Assembly: GCA_030647325.1 (NCBI GenBank)
Contig: JAUSJN010000054.1
Location: 1-47,408, forward strand
Direction of reading: 5' to 3'
Source: Nanobdellota archaeon
GTDB taxonomy: Archaea > Nanobdellota > Nanobdellia > Woesearchaeales > GW2011-AR9
DNA length: 47,408 bases
This document shows, in pieces, positions 8,090-15,894 of the stretch (position 1 is its first letter; every line of letters begins with the position of its first letter). A program made the translations under genes and the position numbers. The notes beneath the pieces are model-generated. The model was not told the DNA's origin. It saw nothing but the letters and a program-made list of their open reading frames with translations, and searched no databases.

Positions 8090-8758
8090 ATGGCCGATAT
8101 ACTGGAAGTGATCAAATCACGGAGAAATGTTACCCAGTTTCTTCCTAAGTTTGTTTCCTGGGAGAATATTTCTCGGGTCTTAGACGCAGGACGGCATGCT
8201 CCCAGTTGCGGTAATATCCAGAATTGGAAATTCATTGTCGTTCTCAAGCCTGAGATGAAGCAGGAGATCGCTGCCGCTTCTTATGATCAATATGAAATCG
8301 CCGCTGCCTTTGCTCTCATAGTAGTTTGTGCTGAACCGGAAAAAGCAGAACGCTATTATGGGGAAAAAGGAAAAACATTCTATTCAGTGCAGAATTGTGC
8401 GGCTGCGGCGCAGAATATGCTATTAGAAGCGCATGCTCTCGGTTTAGCCACCAGATGGGTGGGAGCATTTGATGAAGCAAAAGTAAAAGAACTTCTTAAA
8501 ATTCCTGAAGAAGTGGAAGCGCACACCATCATTGCTCTTGGCTATGCTAAAGATGTTCTGGCTAAACCACCCAAATATCCTCTGGAAACGTTAGTCTATT
8601 TCGGAGCATGGAGAGCCAAGATAGCAGATCCGGCCAAGTATCTGAATGATATTGCCACTATCCTGGCTAGAAAAGCGCACTCTACATCTGAGGCGATCAA
8701 GAAAGGGCAAGAGTATGTGGTGGAAAAGGTTAAAGAAGTTGTAGGGAAGAAGGAATAA
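8090..8758 (+). CDS. Nitroreductase family protein
   Basis: Contains IKSRRNVTQF, RHAPSCGNIQNWKFIVV, NCAAAAQNMLLEAHALGLATRWVGAF and ALGYA, which together form the classic FMN nitroreductase fold signature. Confidence 0.85.
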   Translation: MADILEVIKSRRNVTQFLPKFVSWENISRVLDAGRHAPSCGNIQNWKFIVVLKPEMKQEIAAASYDQYEIAAAFALIVVCAEPEKAERYYGEKGKTFYSVQNCAAAAQNMLLEAHALGLATRWVGAFDEAKVKELLKIPEEVEAHTIIALGYAKDVLAKPPKYPLETLVYFGAWRAKIADPAKYLNDIATILARKAHSTSEAIKKGQEYVVEKVKEVVGKKE

Positions 8759-8769
8759 GAACAATAACT

Positions 8770-9210
8770 TTAGTCTTTCTTAAACGGTGTAAATTCGTTA
8801 GGGTAAAGATACACGACCGGGAAATAATCTTCTGAATCTCCGCATTTTCTTTCTCCGGAAGTTACGAGACTGGAAGAGGCCTTTGGGCCAAGGCAATAAT
8901 GTGTAGCATGGCTGGGTCTTTTCATAGTGCTACCTACCAACTGAATCTTACCTGTTCTTTCTGCAGAGTAGGGATCGTCTTTTAGCAAGTAATGGTCTGA
9001 TTTTCTCACTTCGGTATCATATGAAACAGTCACTAAACCAACGCCGGCAAAGGCTAAACTTAACATTGGTCTGTTATCTGCGCTAACATATTTTTCTCTA
9101 TCTTCAGACCAGAATACTTCAGTTATCTCATCTAACTTAAGCTCTTCTGCTACTTTTCTCGGTAGATCTTCTTTTCGTAGATTTTTCATAGTAAGCGCCT
9201 CAAAAAACAT
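8770..9210 (-). CDS. Hypothetical protein
   Basis: Long ORF with codon usage similar to its neighbours. No recognised motif. An internal Met at 9189 is an alternative start. Confidence 0.45.
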   Translation of the reverse strand: MFFEALTMKNLRKEDLPRKVAEELKLDEITEVFWSEDREKYVSADNRPMLSLAFAGVGLVTVSYDTEVRKSDHYLLKDDPYSAERTGKIQLVGSTMKRPSHATHYCLGPKASSSLVTSGERKCGDSEDYFPVVYLYPNEFTPFKKD

Positions 9211-9594
9211 ACCGTAAACTCACTTAATAAGAATTTAGCTTTTCTAAGCTATCTGTCTGGTTTTTATCAAAAATAAGCTCAAATGACTATCTATCTTCTG
9301 CAATATATATTTTAAAGAAAAATAATATTTAAATATAAGTAGTACATTACTAAACTCAAAAGGGTTGGTCGCCCTTGATTAGTTATTTGGTCCGTACTCG
9401 GTCAGTTGAGTTTTGTACTTACTTTCTGTTTCTTGTAAGCTAATTTCTCATCCATAATTGGTCAGATTATGCACGACAAACTTGAGAATAGAACAGTAGA
9501 ACTAGTATATAATAATTTATGTACTAGAGAATATAGTTCTCAAACTGAGAACTATTAAAAAGGGTGGACACACAAAAAATTTGAGGTGGTAAGA

Positions 9595-10662
9595 ATGGAT
9601 TTTTTAGTTGAAAGGGCATTGCAAAACGCACCGGCAGAGGACGATTTTGCACATATGAGTCAAGCGAATATTAAGGTTATTGGAGTAGGCGGAGCCGGCA
9701 ACAACATGGTTGGCTGGTTATACAAAAAAGGAATAAAGGGAGCAGAAATTATCGCTACCAACACCGATCATCAGCACTTGCAGATAACAGGAGCTGACAA
9801 GAAATTTCTTATTGGTAGAGACTGCACTAGAGGACTTGGATGCGGCGGATTCCCTAACAAGGGAGCAGAAGCAGCTCAGGAATCCTTGATGGCATTGAAA
9901 GAAGCCCTGAAAAGCGCAGATATGGTTTTCGTTTGCGCAGGTATGGGCGGTGGGACAGGAACAGGAGCAGCTCCAGTAGTGGCGCAAGTCGCTAAGGATA
10001 CTGGCTCAATCGTCATCGGGACTGTCACTATGCCTTTCAATATCGAGCGCGCTAGGTGCGATAAGGCAGAATTCGGACTGCAGCAGTTGCGACAAGTCTC
10101 TGATACTGTTATCGTCATCGATAACAACAGGCTAGTGCAGATTGCTGGTAACTTACCGATCCAACAAGCTTTTGCTGTAGCTAACGAATTAGTAGCTACT
10201 ATGATCAAAGGTATCGTTGAGACTATCGCTGTACCTTCACTGGTCAATCTGGACTACGCAGACGTAAAAGCAATTATGTCTAACGGCGGAGTTGCAGCCA
10301 TCGGTGTAGGAAGCTCAGATACGAACAACCGCGTAGAAGAAGCAGTCAAGGGAGCTTTAAGCAATCCTTTGCTTGACATCAACTACGAAGGAGCTACCGG
10401 AGCTTTGATCCACGTCACAGGTGGACCAGACATGACTCTCGATGAAGTCAGCCGGATTGGTGAATTGGTGACTGAATCCTTAGATGATGACGCTAACGTT
10501 ATCTGGGGAGCTCGGGTTGCTGACGAAATGAAGGGCAAACTTACGGTGATGACCATCATCACTGGTGTCAACTCACCATGGATCTTGGGAAAGCTTGACA
10601 ACAGGCATTCACAACAACGGGCGAAGAGCTTAAGCAAAGAACTAGGCATAGAACTGGTTTAA
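9595..10662 (+). CDS. ftsZ: Cell division protein FtsZ
   Basis: Contains IKVIGVGGAGNNMV, the tubulin signature GMGGGTGTGAAPVVA, and NLDYADVK. The ATG at 9595 lies 5-6 nt after GAGGTGG; the ORF-track start at 9586 is a GTG inside that ribosome binding site. Confidence 0.95.
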   Translation: MDFLVERALQNAPAEDDFAHMSQANIKVIGVGGAGNNMVGWLYKKGIKGAEIIATNTDHQHLQITGADKKFLIGRDCTRGLGCGGFPNKGAEAAQESLMALKEALKSADMVFVCAGMGGGTGTGAAPVVAQVAKDTGSIVIGTVTMPFNIERARCDKAEFGLQQLRQVSDTVIVIDNNRLVQIAGNLPIQQAFAVANELVATMIKGIVETIAVPSLVNLDYADVKAIMSNGGVAAIGVGSSDTNNRVEEAVKGALSNPLLDINYEGATGALIHVTGGPDMTLDEVSRIGELVTESLDDDANVIWGARVADEMKGKLTVMTIITGVNSPWILGKLDNRHSQQRAKSLSKELGIELV

Positions 10663-10701
10663 GCAGTACGCAAGTAGAAGAAAAGGGGGGTGTCCACCCT
10701 C

Positions 10702-10711
10702 TTTTTTTTTT
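10702..10711 (+). terminator. Oligo-T archaeal terminator candidate after ftsZ
   Basis: A run of 10 T lies 40 nt after the ftsZ stop codon, immediately following the GTGTCCACCCT repeat arm. Confidence 0.5.
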
Positions 10712-10821
10712 AATTTCTTTCCGATCAACTCACGATCAAAAAAGAGATCTTGCCCTGCGTCTTTGTTCTTATCACCGCCCCTACGTGAAGACTTCCGCAG
10801 GGCATGATTTTTTTATTATTT

Positions 10822-11715
10822 TTATGGTAAAAAAGTATTTATCTTACTTTCTATGAGATTAACCAGTTTGACTCTGTCTGTAACTAAGAGATATATAATT
10901 AGTGTAACAATAATTACAAAAACGAGTGCCTTTGAATATTTGTTTAGAAAATCTAAACAATTAGTACTAGAGGAGATTATTCTACTTAAAAATTTATGAT
11001 GATTGTCCTTATAATGTAAATCAACTAGGAACTGAAAAAATGAAGTTTCTTTTTTTACACCCATTACAGCTTGAACATATTCAATATTTTCCAGATATCC
11101 TTGTTTCTCCTTTAGTTTATCATTGAATTCTAAGATAATGTACTTAATCTGAGAATAAGATCTTTTATCAATTATGCTTCCGAGTTTGTCAAAAAATTCT
11201 TGAAAGTCTTTGTTGCTAACATCAATATTAAGTTCGCTAACTATCCTCCTTAAAAAAGGAGAAAGAACTTTAATTTCATCTTCTTTATAATAAAAACCAC
11301 CAATATTTCTTATTAAATTATTTATGTGTTTTTTTGTTTCGTTAATTTCTTTTGATTTTCTTATTTTAAAGATTGCAAATCTAATTAAGGCTTCTTTACT
11401 TAAAAAACCACTCGGAATAAAAATATAAAAAACTAAGACCAAGAACATACCTAATAAAAAGAAAAAGAGTAGAATAAATTTTATCCAAAGACTAGACCAA
11501 CTGATAAATATCCCTATTCCCATTAATATTGTTAAAGTGAGAAGAATGGGGAATAAAATAATCAAAAATAGAGTAATTAAAAAAAGGATTAACTTAAAAT
11601 AGTTATAATTATTGATATTCGCCTTTCGCCATACTTTATCTAAAAACTTAATAGTTCTATCTTTTTCTGAAATTTTATCTAATATAGAAGAAATTAATTC
11701 TGTAAACCAGGTCAT
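10822..11715 (-). CDS. Hypothetical multi-pass membrane protein in a strongly A+T-rich islet
   Basis: The 297-aa ORF is very rich in K/I/F/L/N codons. It has three N-terminal TM helices and one C-terminal TM helix. Its composition is visibly far more A+T-rich than the flanking ftsZ and proS. Confidence 0.55.
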   Translation of the reverse strand: MTWFTELISSILDKISEKDRTIKFLDKVWRKANINNYNYFKLILFLITLFLIILFPILLTLTILMGIGIFISWSSLWIKFILLFFFLLGMFLVLVFYIFIPSGFLSKEALIRFAIFKIRKSKEINETKKHINNLIRNIGGFYYKEDEIKVLSPFLRRIVSELNIDVSNKDFQEFFDKLGSIIDKRSYSQIKYIILEFNDKLKEKQGYLENIEYVQAVMGVKKETSFFQFLVDLHYKDNHHKFLSRIISSSTNCLDFLNKYSKALVFVIIVTLIIYLLVTDRVKLVNLIESKINTFLP

Positions 11716-11891
11716 TGTTTAAATAGTGGTGTTTTTTATTTATAATTCTTTCCTGGCGAAAAAAAGGAAAATTGACTTAGTGAACTTTCATAAGAAAATT
11801 TATGGGTTCTTTGAAGAAGAGAAGAATGTATCGCACGCAGATCAACAAAATTATTTGAATTTACTTGAATAAGAAAATACCAACAAAAACG

Positions 11892-11899
11892 TTTAAATA
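11892..11899 (+). promoter_or_regulatory. TATA box of proS (leaderless)
   Basis: TTTAAATA is preceded by AAAAACG (BRE-like) and followed by 23 nt before the ATG at 11923. No SD sequence. Confidence 0.5.
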
Positions 11900-11922
11900 A
11901 CCAAACCTTCTTCTCAAGGCGT

Positions 11923-13377
11923 ATGTCGTCCAAGAAAAGCACCTTAGGGATCACTGTAAAAAAAGACCAGGATTTCTCTGAATGGTACACCCAGCTTCTG
12001 CAAAAAGCAGAATTGATAGAATACTCTGCCGTTTCCGGCTGTTACATCCTGCGTCCTAATGCCTATCACATCTGGGAAAAAGTGCAGGAATTCCTTGACA
12101 GATTGATCAAAGCTGATGGAGTGAAAAATGCCTATTTCCCTTTACTTATCCCGGAAAGCCTGTTAGCCAAAGAAGAAAAACATATCCAGGGATTTGCTGC
12201 AGAAGTCGCCTGGGTGGAATCAGGAGGACATTCTAAATTACCTGAACGGCTGGCTATCCGTCCGACTTCAGAAACTATCATCAATGACACCTATGCCAAA
12301 TGGATCCGTTCGCATCAGGATTTACCCTTGCGATTGAACCAATGGTGCAATGTGGTACGCTGGGAATTCAAACATCCTGTCCCTTTCCTCAGAAGCAGAG
12401 AATTCCTCTGGCAGGAAGGCCATACTGCTTTTGCTACCAAAGAAGAAGCGGTGAAAGAGACCTACACGATTTTAGATTTCTATGAAAGAGTGTTTACCGA
12501 ATTATGTGCCCTTCCAGTTCTGAAAGGAAGGAAAGCAAAAACAGAGACCTTCGCCGGAGCAGATTATTCGCTTTCTTTAGAAGTATTTTTGCCTAACGGC
12601 AAAGCCATCCAGGGCTGCACCTCCCATCATCTCGGGCAAAATTTTGCCAAGGCTTTCAACATCACTTTTCAAGATGAGAAACAGCAATCACAATATGTCT
12701 GGCAGAATTCCTGGGGTCTTGCCACGCGTCTGCTGGGGATCATGATCATGATGCATTCTGATGATAAAGGATTGGTGTTACCGCCAAGACTAGCCTTGAC
12801 CCAAGCAGTGATCATCCCTATCCTATTTGATGATTCTCGAGTTAAGGTCTTGAAAGAGGCGCAGAAAATAAAATCGGCCTTGGAAAAGAAAGGCATCTCA
12901 GTACATCTTGATGATCGTGAGGGTTATTCTCCGGGCTGGAAGTTCAATGAGTGGGAGATGAAAGGTGTTCCAGTGAGGATTGAATTAGGTCCAAAAGATC
13001 TTGAAAAGAGACAAGCTATGGTAGCGCGTCGGGATACCGGAGAGAAACAAGCTCTCTCTCTGGCTGGTGTAGATGCTAAAATAAAACTATTGCTGGAACA
13101 GATGCAGCAGGACTTGCATGTAAAGGCTGAAAAATTCCTCCAACAAAGTATCGTCAAAGCAGAAAACCTGAAAGATGCAGAGAAAGCAGTAAGTGCAGGA
13201 AAGATTGCTTTCGTACCCTGGTGCGGAACTGAAAAATGCGAAGAAAAGTGGAAGGAGCGTACTAACGCTAAATCATTGAATTCTCCATTAGAGCAACCGA
13301 AGATGAAAAGTGGCCAGTTATGTTTTGCTTGCAAAGAAAAAGCTAATTCTTGGTTTTATATCGGAAAGAGTTATTGA
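11923..13377 (+). CDS. proS: Proline--tRNA ligase, archaeal/eukaryal type
   Basis: Contains FSEWYTQLLQKAELIEY, class II motifs (IRPTSETI, FLWQEGHTAF, QNSWG), and a C-terminal zinc-binding domain ending ...FYIGKSY. Confidence 0.95.
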   Translation: MSSKKSTLGITVKKDQDFSEWYTQLLQKAELIEYSAVSGCYILRPNAYHIWEKVQEFLDRLIKADGVKNAYFPLLIPESLLAKEEKHIQGFAAEVAWVESGGHSKLPERLAIRPTSETIINDTYAKWIRSHQDLPLRLNQWCNVVRWEFKHPVPFLRSREFLWQEGHTAFATKEEAVKETYTILDFYERVFTELCALPVLKGRKAKTETFAGADYSLSLEVFLPNGKAIQGCTSHHLGQNFAKAFNITFQDEKQQSQYVWQNSWGLATRLLGIMIMMHSDDKGLVLPPRLALTQAVIIPILFDDSRVKVLKEAQKIKSALEKKGISVHLDDREGYSPGWKFNEWEMKGVPVRIELGPKDLEKRQAMVARRDTGEKQALSLAGVDAKIKLLLEQMQQDLHVKAEKFLQQSIVKAENLKDAEKAVSAGKIAFVPWCGTEKCEEKWKERTNAKSLNSPLEQPKMKSGQLCFACKEKANSWFYIGKSY

Positions 13378-13895
13378 TAGGATTTAAGCAGATCATCTGC
13401 TAAAGAACTCAGGTGAGAAGAGTGAGAAAGATTTTTTACATAATGAATTTTATCTGCTTTGTATAATGCCAATATGCCCCCAATATGAGCTACATCTTCT
13501 TCATTATCATATTTCATGAATGGATCTAATAAAAATCTCTCTGCACGTAAGGCCTGAACAAGGCGATGGCCAAGCCCTAGATGTATCAAGGCATGGGTCG
13601 CTTCATGACCTAAAACCAGCAAGTTTGTAATAATATCAACATCCCTTATAAAAATCGTGGAAAACTTTTCTTTCTCTAATTTACCACGTGCACATATCCC
13701 GTATACTCTTGGTCCATACTGCTCGTTTTTATGAGGAAAACTCAATTGCTGGAATACCTTTTCTGTATGAGTTGTTAGATCACTGACTATGCCATCATTC
13801 CTGAAATATTGGTTTGAGTTAAGTTGGATGGTTAGGTCTAATCCAGGTAAGGTAATCTCTCCAGTTTGATAGCCTAATGCTTTGAAATCAGTCAT
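13371..13895 (-). CDS. Hypothetical protein with an HExxH zinc-metallopeptidase-like motif
   Basis: Contains LVLGHEATHALIHLGLGH (HExxH plus downstream His residues). It lies 6 nt downstream of the CheD-like gene on the same strand. Confidence 0.5.
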   Translation of the reverse strand: MTDFKALGYQTGEITLPGLDLTIQLNSNQYFRNDGIVSDLTTHTEKVFQQLSFPHKNEQYGPRVYGICARGKLEKEKFSTIFIRDVDIITNLLVLGHEATHALIHLGLGHRLVQALRAERFLLDPFMKYDNEEDVAHIGGILALYKADKIHYVKNLSHSSHLSSLADDLLKSYQ

Positions 13896-13901
13896 TGTAG
13901 A

Positions 13902-14378
13902 TTATTGATATCTATATACTGTAACTTTTCCAGTCGCACAATCAAGGTGAACTTCGCGCCCGATGGGGACGATGCCGGTATCTTCTCCAACGATAGGAAT
14001 TTTTAATTCTCCCAGTCTTTTTCTGATCATTGCGGAAATCCCGATCTCTCCCTGGCTTTCTCCCGCCAGCGTGGCTTCTAGATCTGCATAGTCTTTGGTG
14101 ATTGCTGATGCTAAAGTATCCACAACATTTCTATGATACATACAAGAGGGGATTTCATCTCTCTGTCCCTGAGTCAAATGAGCTAAAGCTCCCTTGCCCA
14201 GCTGCGCTGAATATACGGTTACTGCAAGGCAGGGTCCCAGGCCAGGAGTCCATAACATAGTGCCGTCTATCCCGATCTTGTACTCATCCCAGTCTACATA
14301 CGTTCCAGAATCGCATGGGCGGCTTTCTGGAAACCCTTCTATGATCTCAAATTCGGCCATAAGCTCTGATTCTCTCAA
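13902..14378 (-). CDS. CheD-like protein-glutamine deamidase family protein (orphan)
   Basis: GLGPCLAVTVYS...GALAHL...ATLAGES...IVGEDTGIVPIGREVHLDCATGKVTVYR parallels the CheD motifs GLGSCVAV, GAMAHVMLP, AKIAGGA and EDTGG...R.V.....G.V.V. Confidence 0.65.
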   Translation of the reverse strand: MRESELMAEFEIIEGFPESRPCDSGTYVDWDEYKIGIDGTMLWTPGLGPCLAVTVYSAQLGKGALAHLTQGQRDEIPSCMYHRNVVDTLASAITKDYADLEATLAGESQGEIGISAMIRKRLGELKIPIVGEDTGIVPIGREVHLDCATGKVTVYRYQ

Positions 14379-14431
14379 TTTTATATAAATCTTACTAGTA
14401 GTTACTGATTAGTGGTAAAATGGACAAAAGG

Positions 14432-14439
14432 TTTATAAA
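14432..14439 (+). promoter_or_regulatory. TATA box for the 14487-18937 operon
   Basis: TTTATAAA is preceded by AAAAGG. An AGGAGG ribosome binding site lies at about 14474-14479, before the ATG at 14487. Confidence 0.45.
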
Positions 14440-14486
14440 TCACTAATAGATTTTAATAGGAACTATGGGATTAAAGGAGGAAAAAA

Positions 14487-15014
14487 ATGAACAAAAAATC
14501 TACGCCAGAAATATACGAGAAGACACGAGTTTACGCACAATCAGATGAAATTCCATTGTTGCAGGCTTATTTAGAAGAATGTCTGCGAAAAACCATAGAA
14601 ACCGTGCAGGATCATAGGATCTTAAGGCTTCAGGCTTTTAAAAGGCAGTACGAGCCCTTCCGAGCGGAAGTAGAAGCTCTTGCTGCTAAATCGAGAATTG
14701 AAAAGATTTTAGAAGCGGCAATCGCAAACAACGAAGCTGAGGCAGATAAACAGTATGGATACTTACTTACTTCAATAAGTTCTGCTGCACCGCTTCATCC
14801 TCAATTTAAAGAGACCATTGCCCCTGCCTATAGAAAGCTGGATGAAGTCTTAGAAGCGGTAGAAAAAGCAATACATTCTGATAACGCCAAGCTTGCTTTA
14901 ACCCTATGTAAGGTAGGTGATTACCTCGCTTACAAAAGTGGAGCGGCATCGGAAGTAAAACAATCAATTGAAGAAAAAAAAGATAGAGCACTATTGAAGT
15001 ATCTTCGGGCTTAA
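14487..15014 (+). CDS. Hypothetical all-helical protein (first gene of the kinase operon)
   Basis: Strong ribosome binding site. The 175-aa sequence is helical and has no recognised motif. Its stop codon is 1 nt from the next start. Confidence 0.6.
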   Translation: MNKKSTPEIYEKTRVYAQSDEIPLLQAYLEECLRKTIETVQDHRILRLQAFKRQYEPFRAEVEALAAKSRIEKILEAAIANNEAEADKQYGYLLTSISSAAPLHPQFKETIAPAYRKLDEVLEAVEKAIHSDNAKLALTLCKVGDYLAYKSGAASEVKQSIEEKKDRALLKYLRA

Positions 15015-15015
15015 G

Positions 15016-15159
15016 ATGAGACTGACCGTAAGTTTTTCCTTGAATGAAGAGACTCTCGCCAAGATGCGAGAACGGCTTAGAAACGGCAATAGCTACCGCA
15101 ATAAATCCCATTTAGTGGAATGCGCGATAGAGAAGTTTCTGGGAGAAGAAAATGTATAG
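15016..15159 (+). CDS. Ribbon-helix-helix (CopG/Arc-like) small DNA-binding protein, 47 aa, not in the ORF track
   Basis: The translation is MRLTVSFSLNEETLAKMRERLRNGNSYRNKSHLVECAIEKFLGEENV. It has a beta-strand (RLTVSFSL) followed by two helices, as in RHH proteins. The start lies 1 nt after the upstream stop, and its stop overlaps the ATG at 15152. Confidence 0.6.
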   Translation: MRLTVSFSLNEETLAKMRERLRNGNSYRNKSHLVECAIEKFLGEENV

Positions 15160-15883
15160 AAATAATGAATTAGGAAATGTACTTCGTGAGCAGCATGAAG
15201 AAGCGAAAGCTACCTTGGAAGAGATGGCGGAAGAAAGAATGAATGTAAATTCTGATAGCAGTGAAAAAATAGGCGATGCTTTAGAAACAATGGGATTTGA
15301 GAAGAAAGAATTAGGTCAAGTTATAATGAGGGTGATCTTAAGTTCACATCGTGTTCAGGTTTATGTACGTCAAAAAAACGACATTACTGAAATTCTATTC
15401 GATGATTTATCAATACTGGGTAAAAGTTTATATCAGATTCCAGCAGGACAAAATGTTCAGGAATGGTATAATTCTATTCCAGATCTGGATGAGTGGAAAA
15501 AAAAATATTACTCCAGGATAGGTACCATGGGCTTATCTACAATGATGGGAGGTGCGCTTATAGGTTCATTATTGGGTTATTTTATTGCTGGAGAAGCTGG
15601 AGCTCTTTTAGGTAGCGTTGTTTTACTCTCAATTGTAGGTGGTGGAGCTTTAGTCTACCGAGGTAAAAAACATCCTCTATACAACCAACTCATCGCTTCA
15701 GGACCAGATGCTTTACGCTACATCGCTAACAATACTGAATACGAAGCTCCTCAATTGCGAATCGCAACAAAGTCTAGAATAATCGATGCTGAATTTACAG
15801 ATGAAAATGCTGAAGCAGAACAATACCAAGAACAAGTAAGAGAAACATTGGCTATTGAAGAAACTGAAAAGCAAGAAAAATAA
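15152..15883 (+). CDS. Hypothetical membrane protein with a glycine-zipper TM hairpin
   Basis: Has a soluble N-terminal region of about 125 aa. This is followed by MMGGALIGSLLGYFIAGEAGALLGSVVLLSIVGGGALVY (two G-x-x-x-G-rich TM helices) and an acidic C-terminal tail. Confidence 0.65.
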   Translation: MYRNNELGNVLREQHEEAKATLEEMAEERMNVNSDSSEKIGDALETMGFEKKELGQVIMRVILSSHRVQVYVRQKNDITEILFDDLSILGKSLYQIPAGQNVQEWYNSIPDLDEWKKKYYSRIGTMGLSTMMGGALIGSLLGYFIAGEAGALLGSVVLLSIVGGGALVYRGKKHPLYNQLIASGPDALRYIANNTEYEAPQLRIATKSRIIDAEFTDENAEAEQYQEQVRETLAIEETEKQEK

Positions 15884-15894
15884 ATAAATCTAAA

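Noticed and set aside
11736-11990. An 84-aa minus-strand ORF overlapping the proS promoter and start.
   Set aside because: It overlaps the well-supported proS 5' end and its TATA box, has no upstream signals, and its A+T-rich sequence generates the ORF by chance.
14806-15111. A 101-aa minus-strand ORF across the junction of the 14487 gene and the RHH gene.
   Set aside because: It is antisense to two tightly coupled plus-strand genes and has no start signals. The plus-strand RHH reading gives a recognisable fold, whereas this one does not.
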